DNA from: an uncultured bacterium
GTDB lineage: Bacteria > Hydrogenedentota > Hydrogenedentia > Hydrogenedentales > JAEUWI01
Direction: 5' to 3'
Length of the DNA stretch: 37,502 nucleotides
NCBI GenBank assembly: GCA_963977445.1
Contig: CAXBPH010000035.1
Span: forward strand, 1-37,502
Under the pieces are notes generated by a model. That model saw only the letters and a program-made list of their open reading frames with translations. It was not told where the DNA came from and did not search any database. The translations under genes and the position numbers were made by a program. Below are positions 25,307-36,500 of the stretch, one piece after another; the first letter of the stretch is position 1; every line of letters starts with the position of its first letter.

Positions 25307-27601
25307 ATGAAGAACTATGCACTTCTTGCGCTCTGCCTGGCGACCCTCTGGGTCAGCGGCTGCGCGACAACGGGACAATCCGCTCGGGGCGTAGAACAGT
25401 TTGACCCGATTCCACCGGTTGCTGTGGGCAGTGCGTCGCTGGAAGCGGTGCGCCCTCGGTCAGTCACCGATCTGCTCCGTGATGCCGATTTGGCCTTTCA
25501 GGCGGCCAACACGGCCCAGGAAGCGGGCGATGAAGAAGCCGCCCTTCGCCAATATGTGCTCATGTTGGAGTTACTGACAGAGGCCGACCTCGATCCCAAG
25601 CTGTTTTATGCGCTCCGGGATGAGTTTGGTACCATCCTGAACCGCACAAACCAGGAAGCGGCCCTGTATCAGCCACGGCAATACAGCCCATTGGATAGCG
25701 GCGAGTACACCGCCGGTAATCTCGGGGAATTCAGTATTCCTTTCCCCCTGCCGGAACAGGTCCTCGAAGAAATCGACCGCATTCAAAACGGCTACCCCAA
25801 GAATTTCCAGATCTTTTTGGACCGCAGCCAAAAGTATCTGCCTTATATTCGCGAGCGCATGCGTGCTGCGGGCCTTCCAGAAGAGATGGCCTACCTGGCC
25901 CTTATCGAAAGTGGCTTCCAGCCCAAGATCGTGTCTCGTGCTGGTGCAGGCGGTATGTGGCAATTCATGCGACCAACGGCCCGCCGTTTTAATCTTCGGG
26001 TAGATTCCCATGTGGATGAGCGCTATGACTGGGTTCGCTCTACCGATGCCGCCATCGAGTACCTGACCATTTTAAATCGGGAATTCGATAGTAGCTGGCC
26101 CTTGGCCCTCACCGCCTACAACATGGGTGAAGGTGGCCTCGCCCGGGCTATCGCGTCCAACGGCGGTGACAAAAACCTCTGGCGTCTCATTGAAACGCCA
26201 CCGGCATCCTATCGCATTCAGTTGGAAACGAAACGCTATTTTCCCAAGTTCATTGCCACCGTGATCGTGGCCGGATCTCCGGAGCGTTATGGTTTCACGG
26301 TAAACGCTCAGCAGCCTGAAATACTGACCCACGTACCGGTTTCCGGCGTTTTCGCCCTCGGTGAACTGGATCAGGCGATGGGCTATCCCGAAGGCACGCT
26401 GGCCCAGCTGAATCCCGCGCTGCTCAATGAAACAACGCCGCCCTCTGGTACCTTCAATATACTGGTTCCGCACCATGAGAAGGACAAATTTACGACCGCC
26501 CTGCGCAGTGCGCCCAAGATGAAGTATGCAAGCGGGACGCATAAGGTCAAGCGGGGCGAGACAGTTTCCCAAATTGCCACACGCTACGGGGTGTCGGCAA
26601 GCGAAATTATGCGCCACAATTCCATCAGTTCGGCCCGCAAACTTCGGGCAGGGCAAAATCTCAAGATTCCAGGTGCCCAGGGCGAGGGCCGTGGTGGCTC
26701 TGCAGAAACTACTGCACCTGCACCTGAAGTGGAAGTTGTGACGGCGTCAGCCGCACCGGTAACACGCACCGAAAAAATCAGTTACAAGGTGAAACCGGGC
26801 GATACCCTCTATGACATCGCCAATGCGCACAGCGTATCGGTGGCCGACCTCCAGAAGTGGAACGACAAGGGACGGCGTGCCCGCCTTAAGGTTGGTGAAA
26901 CGCTCAATGTCGGCGATCGGGTTGTTGCATCAGCGGCACCCGCTGCTTCCGCACCTGCGTCTAAGGGCGACGATGCCTATCACACCGTACGTGGTGGTGA
27001 GTATCCCGCAAAGATTGCACGAGACTACGGTATTCCCCTTCGTGATTTCCTCGCGTGGAACAATCTGGGTGCCCGTTCGACCATTAAAGTTGGTGACACC
27101 TTGATTGTGGCGTCCTCCGGAGCATCCAACAGTAACAAGCCCACGACGGACGCTCTCGATCCACCGGATCGTGCTCCGGCTCCTTCGCCCGTCGCTGCAC
27201 CAGCGCCGAAAGCGGAAAAAGAAATACAGCTTGCGTCTAACAAGTCCAGTTCCTCCAGTGCCCATACCGTACGTAAAGGCGAGAGTGCGAGCACGATCGC
27301 CCAGAAATACGGCATAAAGACCAGTGAATTTCTGGCCTGGAATGGACTGACAAACCGCTCCATTCTGCGAGCCGGTAAATCCTATGCGGTGAGTGGTCCT
27401 GAAGGCGGCGGCGTAGTGACCGCGTCAAGCGAACGGGAATCTTCGGCAAAAGAGCAGACCCACACCGTTTCCCGTGGCCAGAATCCCACCACGATCGCCC
27501 GCCGCTACGGCGTGAAAATAAGCGATCTCTTCAAGTGGAACAGCTGGCCTAAGAATCATGTTCTCCAGGTTGGGGAACAAGTGGTGATTCGAAAAGGTTA
27601 A
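25307..27601 (+). CDS. mltD: Membrane-bound lytic murein transglycosylase D-like lipoprotein (SLT domain + 5 LysM)
   Basis: Lipobox VSGC; IESGF catalytic Glu, AGAGGMWQFM, VDERYD, AYNMGEG, ETKRYFPK; five [H/Y]xVxxGE/D/Q LysM repeats; RBS AAGGAG. Confidence 0.9.
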   Translation: MKNYALLALCLATLWVSGCATTGQSARGVEQFDPIPPVAVGSASLEAVRPRSVTDLLRDADLAFQAANTAQEAGDEEAALRQYVLMLELLTEADLDPKLFYALRDEFGTILNRTNQEAALYQPRQYSPLDSGEYTAGNLGEFSIPFPLPEQVLEEIDRIQNGYPKNFQIFLDRSQKYLPYIRERMRAAGLPEEMAYLALIESGFQPKIVSRAGAGGMWQFMRPTARRFNLRVDSHVDERYDWVRSTDAAIEYLTILNREFDSSWPLALTAYNMGEGGLARAIASNGGDKNLWRLIETPPASYRIQLETKRYFPKFIATVIVAGSPERYGFTVNAQQPEILTHVPVSGVFALGELDQAMGYPEGTLAQLNPALLNETTPPSGTFNILVPHHEKDKFTTALRSAPKMKYASGTHKVKRGETVSQIATRYGVSASEIMRHNSISSARKLRAGQNLKIPGAQGEGRGGSAETTAPAPEVEVVTASAAPVTRTEKISYKVKPGDTLYDIANAHSVSVADLQKWNDKGRRARLKVGETLNVGDRVVASAAPAASAPASKGDDAYHTVRGGEYPAKIARDYGIPLRDFLAWNNLGARSTIKVGDTLIVASSGASNSNKPTTDALDPPDRAPAPSPVAAPAPKAEKEIQLASNKSSSSSAHTVRKGESASTIAQKYGIKTSEFLAWNGLTNRSILRAGKSYAVSGPEGGGVVTASSERESSAKEQTHTVSRGQNPTTIARRYGVKISDLFKWNSWPKNHVLQVGEQVVIRKG

Positions 27602-27617
27602 TAGCGTATAGACTACG

Positions 27618-27653
27618 AAACGTCGCATTCTCAACGGATGCGGCGTTTTTTTT
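27618..27653 (+). terminator. Intrinsic terminator
   Basis: AAACGTCGCATTC-TCAAC-GGATGCGGCGTTT, ending in a run of 8 T. Confidence 0.85.
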
Positions 27654-27748
27654 GGGAACATGAGCAAAACGAGGACATCTGACAACCATTTAGTTCTGAC
27701 AGCGCGGCGTGGGCAGGTGGCCCGTAACAGAATACGGCAGAGGAAGCT

Positions 27749-28714
27749 ATGGAAAACTCCAACGAAGCAACACTAACTCCAGCGGAAGCCCATGGACGTA
27801 TAAACCGGCTCAAAGAGAACCTGGCCACCGTCATTCAGGGCAAAGAGGAGGTCATCGACGTCCTCGTGACGGCCTTGGTGGCGGGGGGCTCTATTCTCAT
27901 GGAAGATGTGCCCGGCGTGGGTAAAACCACCATGGCAAAAGCCCTGGCACGGTCTATCAGTGCGGAATACAACCGTATCCAATTTACCCCCGACCTGTTG
28001 CCCGCAGATATCCTCGGCTCATCCATCTACAATCCGGTGGACGGCAACTTTAACTTTCGTGCCGGCCCAATCTTCTGTAACGTGCTCCTGGCCGATGAAA
28101 TCAATCGGGCGTCGCCGCGGACCCAGTCGGCCCTGTTGGAAGCCATGAGTGAGCAGCAGGTCACCATCGAAGGTCACTGCCATGGGCTTGGGGCACCTTT
28201 TCTGGTCATTGCCACGGAGAATCCCGTGGAATATCACGGAACCTATCCGCTGCCGGAGGCCCAACTCGACCGCTTCCTGGTTCAGCTCAGTCTGGGCTAT
28301 CCCAAGGCGGAAGCGGAAGTGGAAATGCTCTATGCCCAGGCGACGCGGCATCCCCTGGAGCGGCTGGAGCCTGTCATGAGTGCCTCTGAAGTGCTTTGCA
28401 TTCAACAGCTTGTGCGTGAGGTGACGCTCAGCGAAGATCTCGCGCGCTATCTCATCACCCTGGTAGAGCGGACGCGGAATGACGAACGGCTGAAGTTGGG
28501 GGTGAGTCCCCGGGCCTCGCTCATGTTGTTTCAGGCCGCCAAGGCGGCCGCTTTTGTCGCAGGTAGAGATTATGTCCTCCCGGACGACATACAACGAATG
28601 GCCCGACACGTGTTGCCCCATCGGGTGATGCTCACATCGAAATCCAAATATGACGGTACGTCAAAGTCGGCCGTCATCGAGGGGATTGTGGGGGATGTCG
28701 CGGTTCCCGTCTGA
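27749..28714 (+). CDS. moxR: MoxR-family AAA+ ATPase
   Basis: EDVPGVGKT (Walker A), RIQFTPDLLPAD, LLADEINR (Walker B), TQSALLEAM, GTYPLPEAQLDRF, GVSPRA. Confidence 0.93.
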   Translation: MENSNEATLTPAEAHGRINRLKENLATVIQGKEEVIDVLVTALVAGGSILMEDVPGVGKTTMAKALARSISAEYNRIQFTPDLLPADILGSSIYNPVDGNFNFRAGPIFCNVLLADEINRASPRTQSALLEAMSEQQVTIEGHCHGLGAPFLVIATENPVEYHGTYPLPEAQLDRFLVQLSLGYPKAEAEVEMLYAQATRHPLERLEPVMSASEVLCIQQLVREVTLSEDLARYLITLVERTRNDERLKLGVSPRASLMLFQAAKAAAFVAGRDYVLPDDIQRMARHVLPHRVMLTSKSKYDGTSKSAVIEGIVGDVAVPV

Positions 28715-28872
28715 CGGGCGACTAACCACCAGTAACCGACACGAAATGCCACCCCGACCGATGTCTTCAGCGTTTGTCGTCAAGAATTATTCCAAATTAT
28801 CTGGTACACTATGGGAAGTCAGGGGTGGGTTGGCGGAAGGGGATCCGCGTATGGGTCAGAAAAGGAAGATTC

Positions 28873-31800
28873 GTGAAAAAAAGCGACAGTAATTTGCATG
28901 GTGTGACAGTCTTGGGTGCGTTGGTAATCATAATGGCGGCTGCCGTTTCCTTTGCGGAGGTCCCCATAGCGCCAAAACTCAGTGGATTGAAACATGCACC
29001 GAAAGTGGTGCCCCTGGCCACAAAGCAGGTTGATGACCCCGAACGCCTGCGCCATGAAATATGGGGACAGTCCAGTTACGGTGACGGGTATGTATACGGA
29101 CCTAAAAATCGCCGTTCCGGGATGACTGTGGTCGACATCGACCTTGATGGGGACAACGATTTTGTATTCCCCAGCTCCATTACCAGCCCCCAGCTCATGC
29201 GGAATCTCGGCTCGAGCAGCGCCTTCTACCCCGGCGGATCCGTAGCGCTGGACATGGATCCCCTGCCACAAGATACCCGCTGGGACCTGAACATGGATTT
29301 CGCGGATATTACGGGCGACGGTCTGCCTGACATGATTGCGGTGGTGAATTATCAGGTGCCCGGAGATGGGAGCACCTTTACCAAACGGGTCGTCTATTAC
29401 AAAAACGAGGGCCCCCTGTCGAACCCCAAATTTACGTATCAGGGCAGTATATTCACCAGTGCCCAGGACGCCTTTGAACAAAGCGGTATGTGGATAGCCT
29501 TTGGTGACATTAACGGGGACGGGCTGCAGGATATTTTTATTGCGGAAGCCTGGATTTTCGAGACCGAGCAGAATCATCGGGTATATCAGATTCTCAATGC
29601 GGGCACGTCAACCGAACCGTTATTTCCCTTCTTTCTTGAGTTGACTGATCTCAATAACGTACTTCCTGATCGCATTTCCTTTGATGTAAAAACAAAGAAC
29701 GGCAAAGACCTGAAAGAGAATTCGTCCGACCCCGGGAAGAGCAGCGCGGCGAAGGGTACGAGTTATTCCTATAACCTGGGTGATATTGCCCTCTACGACT
29801 GGGACTTTGACGGCCTTCTGGACTTCATGTTTTATGATCGGACCAACGGCCTGACCCTGGTCCGCAATGTGGGAACGCCTACCGCCGCGGTATGGAACGA
29901 TAGGATTGGTACCGACATTGTCACCTACATTTACGATCATAACGCCCTCGACGACGTGAACTACGCCGAAGGCACCTTTGCGGTTCGGGAAAATCCCGAT
30001 TCTGCCCTGCCAGGCGTCGATTGGCTGCGGGATATTTATGTTTCGGTGAATTCCCGTCTCAAAAACTACCGGTTCTTTACCGGCGAAGGAGACAACGGGG
30101 CCTATCGTATCAATCAACAGAATGCCGTGGCCTTTGATGCCCAACAAGGGGACGTGGCATTTTGGGACGCCGATGGAGATGGTGATCAGGATATGTTTCG
30201 GATGGCGAACAATAGTAGTTCGGAAACCAGCCTGGTCATGTTCCGGAACGAGGGCGCACCCTACGCGCCGGCCTGGGCCGAGTATGATTCCAATTTGGTA
30301 TTCACCAATGTCATGTTGAATTCCGGAAGCGTAGACAACGACTTCCGCAACGAATTGTTTATGTTTGCAGACCACGACGGTGATGGGTCGGCCTCTCTCT
30401 TTGTGCAGGGGCTGGACGGACAAATAGCCCAGTATGGCGCTACCCAGGGCAGCACGACGGGTGCCCCCCGTTTCACGCTGTTTACCGGAAACTTCGGCAG
30501 CACCGTATCATCCAGCCACGTCAATCCCCGTGCCCGTGGGTTTACGATGGCGGATTTCGACCTGTACGACGGCGACGACTTTTCAGAAATCATCACGGTG
30601 TACACCTATGCCGGGGACACGGCGCTTCGGGTCTATGACATATCCGGCAATATCCTCTACGATCTCAACGATGGTAGTTTGCCTGCCAACTTCCTCCCCG
30701 ATCCCTACGACAATGGCTCCCCCATCAACCCACTCTATCTGGAAGCCATGACGGCGGGTGATTTAGATCTAGATGGCCGTCCCGACCTCATCGTCGCCTG
30801 GACAGAAGACCAAAACTTCGACAACACGGAGCTTCACTACTATCTCAACGTGGAGGTCACCGATCACAATAACTACACCATCCCGGCCTTCCGTTTTACC
30901 TATGGTGGCAGGCTGGCTGAGGTACAGAAAACAGATGCCCATTTTGGACGGATGCCCAAGATGGTGGATATCGACTCCGATGGTGACAAAGACGTGTTTG
31001 TCGGGCACCGCTATCCCGATACCAGTGGGACGAACCTGTTTTCGTACCTCCGTTTCTATCGCAACATTATTGATTCCGGTATCGATATCTATCGCCAACG
31101 TCTGGTGACAGATCAGGCCATCAATCTCAGTATCAGTGACGATCCCCACAGTTACTTCTCTATTCTCAATAACAGTGGCGGTACGCTGGAAACTTCAACC
31201 CAATATCGCACCGGGAGCACGGCTCCGGCCATCGACGTGCTCCAGAGCATCGGCTTGGAACGCAACGCCCGTGTCTTCCTGGACGTACTGCCGACCGTAG
31301 GACCCAATGATTCAAAAGCGATTATTGTGGTGGGCGATACCATGGATGACGCTCTCTATTCCACCTTTGCGACCCTGGCTGATTTTGCTTATTTTGTGTT
31401 GGAGTCGGAAGGTCTGCCTCGGGAAAATATTCGATTCTATGCCGACGACAGCTCCCAGCTTGATGGCGACGTGGCCGGCAAACCCACCCTGGCATCGCTG
31501 GAAGAATCGATCACAAATTGGGCCCAGGGTTCGGAAAAACTCCTCGTATATCTTATCGATCACGGGCAGCGGGATCGCTTTCGTATGAACGCGACCGAAT
31601 ATCTGGAAGCCGATGCTCTCGACGCCTGGTATGACACCTTGCAGGATGTGCCTCTGGCAGATCGCACCATGATAACCACGGTTATCGATACCTGCGAGGC
31701 GGGCAGCTTTGTCAATAACCTCCAGCTGAGCAAATCTCAGAAAGCAGAGCAAGATAAGGGTGCGTCCGGTCCCCAGCGCATAACGATGACCAGTTCAGGA

Positions 31801-33459
31801 CAGGGTCCCGTCGAGGGCGTGGCACTGTTTGACCAGGCCCAGTACATCAGTTTCTCCCTGAATTTCTGGTTTAATATCTTCAACGGCAGAGACTATGGTC
31901 AGGCCTTTGACGATGCCAAGATTTCCATAGAAGCGATTAACCCCCTTCAGGTGCCGCAGATTGATAGCGATGGAAACGGTATCGCCAATCAAGGGGGGGA
32001 CAGCGCCCTCGCCACAGGCCATCGTCCGGGTGCCAACTTTGACATTCAGGTGCCGGGTGTCTTTATTGGAAACATCGCCGACGATCAGGCGATCTCCACC
32101 AATGCGGCGACTCTCTCCATGGGTGGAATCGTGTCGCCCTTCCCGGTAGAAGGCGCGGGTGCACTGATTGTTCCGCCCAACTTCCAACGACCCTCCCTGG
32201 GCAACGACGATGAACAGCCCATTTCCGGTCTCGATTTCATCGATTTTGAATTCGACAACGCCTCCCAGACGTGGTCGGGTACCTACGATGGATTCACAGA
32301 AGGCGGCCTCTATCAGGTCCAATACTTTGTACGTGCGGGCGGTCAATTTCACGCGTCTCCCCGTATCGGCTTCGTGGACCGGATTGAAACGCCCGATGCG
32401 TGGGAACTGGATGACTCCTCGGAGTCGGCCAACTGGATTCCCATCAACTCGGTGCAGGGCCATAACTTCCATGACACCGACGATGCCGACTGGGTGCGCT
32501 TTTCGCCCTTACCCGGTCAGGTTGCCACCATTGGTGTCATTAATCCCGGCCAGAACAATCGGGCCGTGGTTGAGCTGTTCCTGGCGTCAGACATCCTCGC
32601 TGCGGGTACCGATGCGGTAGATCCAATCCGCGTTGAGACCAGCGAGGACTACGGTTCGGATCTGGTATTCGAGCAAAACTTCGACACGTCCGAGCAGTAT
32701 TTTCTTCGGGTTTCCAATGCCGATGGCGACATTCAAGGTGCCGGTACGTCCTACCTGCTGCTCGTCGCGGTCGGTACAGGCGGTACCAGTCTGATTCCCA
32801 CAACCTTGATCGTCACGGTGATGGATTCCAATGGGAATACACCCATTGAAGGTGCCGATGTGACCTTCGATGGCCGCAACGTTGGCAAATCCTCGCGGGA
32901 TGGTCTCTGCCACATGTCCGTGAGCGCCTATTCGACCTATCAGATTCAGGCGGCCAAGTCAGGATTTACGGCTACGTCGCAGAGTGTGAGGGTCAACAAT
33001 ATCATCGAAGAGGCCGTCATCATGATGGCCGCTGTTGGCGGCGAAGGTGAAGGTGAAGGCGAAACGCCTCTGTCTGAAATTGCTCTGGGCCTCATCAATA
33101 ATTTCGCCACGGCGGATACGAACGACGACAATCTGCTCTCTCTGGCAGAAGCTACGGGCGCATCGGGCAGTTTGACGGTGAGCCAGTTCAATCAGATGGA
33201 TACAAACAACGATAACTTCCTGAGTCAGGCAGAACTGTCCGCGCAGGTTGGCGGTGGTGAAGGCGAGGGCGAGGGTGAAGGAGAAGGAGAAGGAGAAGGT
33301 GAAGGTGAAGGTGAAGGTCCGGTCATAATGGTATGTGCGGGCGGAAAGACGGCGCTGACGAGTAGTGTCGGCGGCGATTTACTCATTGTGTTGCTCTGCC
33401 TGGGCGGACTCCTGTGGAGCACCGGCGCGGTGCGCGTAGGTCGTGGGGGCACGTGTTGA
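28873..33459 (+). CDS. Secreted FG-GAP-repeat protein with C13/caspase-like cysteine peptidase domain, EF-hand pair, poly-GE linkers and C-terminal membrane anchor
   Basis: GTG 28873 after AAGGAAG, signal peptide ending VSFA; multiple DxDGDGxxD repeats; clan CD dyad VYLIDHG / IDTCEAGSF; DTNDDNLLSLAE and DTNNDNFLSQAE EF-hands; terminal hydrophobic helix followed by Arg residues. Confidence 0.8.
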   Translation: MKKSDSNLHGVTVLGALVIIMAAAVSFAEVPIAPKLSGLKHAPKVVPLATKQVDDPERLRHEIWGQSSYGDGYVYGPKNRRSGMTVVDIDLDGDNDFVFPSSITSPQLMRNLGSSSAFYPGGSVALDMDPLPQDTRWDLNMDFADITGDGLPDMIAVVNYQVPGDGSTFTKRVVYYKNEGPLSNPKFTYQGSIFTSAQDAFEQSGMWIAFGDINGDGLQDIFIAEAWIFETEQNHRVYQILNAGTSTEPLFPFFLELTDLNNVLPDRISFDVKTKNGKDLKENSSDPGKSSAAKGTSYSYNLGDIALYDWDFDGLLDFMFYDRTNGLTLVRNVGTPTAAVWNDRIGTDIVTYIYDHNALDDVNYAEGTFAVRENPDSALPGVDWLRDIYVSVNSRLKNYRFFTGEGDNGAYRINQQNAVAFDAQQGDVAFWDADGDGDQDMFRMANNSSSETSLVMFRNEGAPYAPAWAEYDSNLVFTNVMLNSGSVDNDFRNELFMFADHDGDGSASLFVQGLDGQIAQYGATQGSTTGAPRFTLFTGNFGSTVSSSHVNPRARGFTMADFDLYDGDDFSEIITVYTYAGDTALRVYDISGNILYDLNDGSLPANFLPDPYDNGSPINPLYLEAMTAGDLDLDGRPDLIVAWTEDQNFDNTELHYYLNVEVTDHNNYTIPAFRFTYGGRLAEVQKTDAHFGRMPKMVDIDSDGDKDVFVGHRYPDTSGTNLFSYLRFYRNIIDSGIDIYRQRLVTDQAINLSISDDPHSYFSILNNSGGTLETSTQYRTGSTAPAIDVLQSIGLERNARVFLDVLPTVGPNDSKAIIVVGDTMDDALYSTFATLADFAYFVLESEGLPRENIRFYADDSSQLDGDVAGKPTLASLEESITNWAQGSEKLLVYLIDHGQRDRFRMNATEYLEADALDAWYDTLQDVPLADRTMITTVIDTCEAGSFVNNLQLSKSQKAEQDKGASGPQRITMTSSGQGPVEGVALFDQAQYISFSLNFWFNIFNGRDYGQAFDDAKISIEAINPLQVPQIDSDGNGIANQGGDSALATGHRPGANFDIQVPGVFIGNIADDQAISTNAATLSMGGIVSPFPVEGAGALIVPPNFQRPSLGNDDEQPISGLDFIDFEFDNASQTWSGTYDGFTEGGLYQVQYFVRAGGQFHASPRIGFVDRIETPDAWELDDSSESANWIPINSVQGHNFHDTDDADWVRFSPLPGQVATIGVINPGQNNRAVVELFLASDILAAGTDAVDPIRVETSEDYGSDLVFEQNFDTSEQYFLRVSNADGDIQGAGTSYLLLVAVGTGGTSLIPTTLIVTVMDSNGNTPIEGADVTFDGRNVGKSSRDGLCHMSVSAYSTYQIQAAKSGFTATSQSVRVNNIIEEAVIMMAAVGGEGEGEGETPLSEIALGLINNFATADTNDDNLLSLAEATGASGSLTVSQFNQMDTNNDNFLSQAELSAQVGGGEGEGEGEGEGEGEGEGEGEGPVIMVCAGGKTALTSSVGGDLLIVLLCLGGLLWSTGAVRVGRGGTC
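33256..33318 (+). repeat. Hexamer GGNGAR repeat encoding (GE)10-G linker
   Basis: Ten GGN-GAR units with mixed synonymous codons; a shorter (GE)4 lies near 33040-33063. Confidence 0.9.
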
Positions 33460-33500
33460 TACACCGCTTCATATAGATTAGACTGATTAGCGTCCTTACA

Positions 33501-33536
33501 GGGCCATGGGTCATCGGGATCCATGGCCCGTTTTTT
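33501..33536 (+). terminator. Intrinsic terminator
   Basis: GGGCCATGGGTC-ATCGG-GATCCATGGCCC-G-TTTTTT. Confidence 0.85.
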
Positions 33537-33564
33537 GTCTGAGCATGCAACGGAGAGATGAACG

Positions 33565-36500
33565 TTGAAATTTTACGGAATATCACGCATGGGGGTCTGT
33601 CTGGGCCTTTGCCTGATCGCTGCCACGGCAGTGATGGTGCCCGGTAGCCTTCGTGCTGCGGAAAAGACCTCGATTTTCGATCACGATAACCTAATAGCCT
33701 GGTGCATCGTCCCCTTTGACAGTCAAAAACGTGGGCCCGAGGAGCGCGGTGAGATGCTGGCCCGTCTTGGCATCAAGAAATTCGCCTACGACTGGCGCGC
33801 CGAGCATATTCCCACCTTTGACGAAGAACTCGACGTCCTCAAGCGCTACAACATCGAGCTCACGGCCTTCTGGTTCCCCTCCGGACTCAACGACGAAGCC
33901 CGCACCATCCTGGATGTGCTGAAACGGCACCAGGTGAAAACACAGCTCTGGGTCACCATGGGCGGCGGCGATATCGAATGCACGCCCGAAGAGCAGGCAC
34001 AACGCATCGCCCAGCATGTGGAAATCCTCCGGCCCCTGGTGGAAGCGGCCGCCGAAATCGGGTGTTCCATCGGACTCTACAATCACGGTAGCTGGTTTGG
34101 CGAGCCCGACAATCAGATCGCCATCATCAAGGCACTCGATGCACCCAACGTGGGCATCGTGTACAACCTTCATCATGGCCACGAACATGTGGATCAACTG
34201 CCCGAACTGCTGGAGCGGATGAAACCGTACCTCTATGCCGTAAACCTCAATGGCATGAATCGGGGCGGTGACAAGAAGGGGCAGAAGATTCTACCCCTTG
34301 CCCAGGGCGAGCTTGATCTCCATCTGCTCCAGGTCATCCAGGACAGTGGTTATGATGGGCCTATCGGGGTTCTCGGCCACACCCAGGACGACGCCGAAAC
34401 GACGGTGAAAGACAATCTAGATGGGCTGGACTGGCTCCTTCCCCAACTCGATGGTGGTGCGGCTCCCGGACCCAAACCCGTGCCCCAGCGGGAAAGTCTG
34501 CGTCCCAAGGCGGCCGCCGAAGCGTCGATTTCGGAAGCCTTCGGACAGGCCCTGGCAGGCGGTATGGTCGTCGAGGGGGACGATGGCTGGCGTCTTTCGC
34601 CCATTACGGTCCAGTGTCGTGCGCGGGTGGACAGCGCCGCCGGATTTAATATTCTCGTGGCGAGCGATACCAAAGCATCCAGCGCCCACTGGGAGATTTT
34701 CACCATGGGGGGCAGCGGCGCCCTCTCCGTCTACCTGCCCGGAAGCACGCCCGACCACCTTCGCTCGGAGCGGAATATCGCCGATGGCGCATGGCACCAC
34801 ATTAGCTTTCACTACGGCGAAGACGAGGCGACGCTCTTTGTCGATGGGGCAGAGGTCGCCCGGGGCGCAATAACCCGCAAGGCCGGTGGCGGTGTGCCCG
34901 GTGGCCTTGCCTTTGGCCGTCTAGTCGAGGGGGGCATTGGTCTGGATGGTGCCGTGGATGATGTTCACATCCTCCGGGGGCTCCAGCCGGTCGCGGAGGT
35001 GCCTGCAACACCCGCCACCCGCAACGATGATACCCTGGGCCTGTGGGACTTCAACGAACTCCCCGCCCAGGCCCAACACCAGGCCCCTGCCGTAGAAGAT
35101 GGCGCTATCCGGGCGGGCCTGCCCGAATATCAGGTCATCAAGGCCGCAACCGATGAAGAATTGACCCCGGCCAATGGCTTCCCGAACGCGGAAGCCTACA
35201 CCACCTGGCAGCGCTCCCTGGGCGACCATTCCAACAGTCGCTACGCCGCATCGACGCAGATAAATCGCGAGAACGTGAAGGGCCTCCAGGTCGCCTGGGA
35301 ATATCGGTCGGGGGACGGAGAAGGTAACATCCAATGCAATCCCGTGGTTGTGGGTGATACCCTCTACGTCCCAACGCCCGGCAATCACCTGGTGGCAATC
35401 GATGGCCGCACCGGCGAAGAAAAATGGCGCTTCAAGGGCGAAGGCCGTCCCGCACACCGGGGCCTGACCTATTGGCCCGGCTGGGGCACCCACGGGCCCC
35501 GACTCCTCGTCAGCATTGGTGCCGACCTCTGGGCCATCGACCCCGCAACGGGACAACCCATCGCCGATTTTGGCGAAGGGGGCAAGGTGGAAGCGGGTCT
35601 CGCCGTCGTCGCCGGTGCCGTCTACCAGAACGTCCTCGTGTTGCCCGGATTCCAACGGGACGTCTGGGGCTACGACATTATTACGGGCGAGCGCCTCTGG
35701 ACCTTTCACACCGTGCCCACGGGCGATGAATACGGCGCAGACACCTGGGAAAACACTGAAGATGGTGCCAACTGCTGGGGCGGCATGGCCCTCGATGACC
35801 AGCGGGGTATCGCCTACATTTCCACCGGCTCCCCCAAGCCCAACTTCGTCGGCGTGCACCATCGCGGCAGCAACCTCTTCGCCAATTGCGTCATCGCTCT
35901 CGATGCCCTCACTGGCGAGCGCCGCTGGCACTTCCAGGAAATTCGTCACGACATCTGGGATCTGGATATTCCCGCGCCGCCCAATCTGGTCACCGTCACG
36001 CGGAATGGAAAACGGGTGGACGCCGTGGCCCAGGTGACCAAAATCGGAAACACCCTACTCCTCGATCGGGTCACCGGAAAACCCCTCTATCCCGTTCGAT
36101 TGCGCCGGGCACCCGTCTCCACCTTGCCCGGTGAGCAGACCTGGTCCTACCAGCCCGATATCGAGATTCCCGAGCCCTTCGCCCGCCAGACCTTCACCCC
36201 CGACCAGATTACCCAGCGCAACGAAGACGCCACGACCTACGTGAGCAACATCGTCAACTTGGCCAACTATGGCTGGTTCGAACCCTTCGCCGACGGCAAG
36301 CCCACGATATTCTTTGGCCTCCATGGTGGTGCCGAATGGACCGGGGCCGCCTACGACCCCACAAGCAGCAAGCTCTATGTGAGTGCCAATGAACTGGCCT
36401 GGAATGTGGCCGTCATCAAAGCCGTGGAAATCCGCCGGAAAGCCGGTGCCGACCCCAGTCGTGGACAGGCCATCTACGAAGAGCGGTGCATCCAATGCCA

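Noticed and set aside
25111..25404. 97-aa ORF in the mltD leader
   Set aside because: It overlaps the mltD start out of frame, has no good RBS and has no protein-like features.
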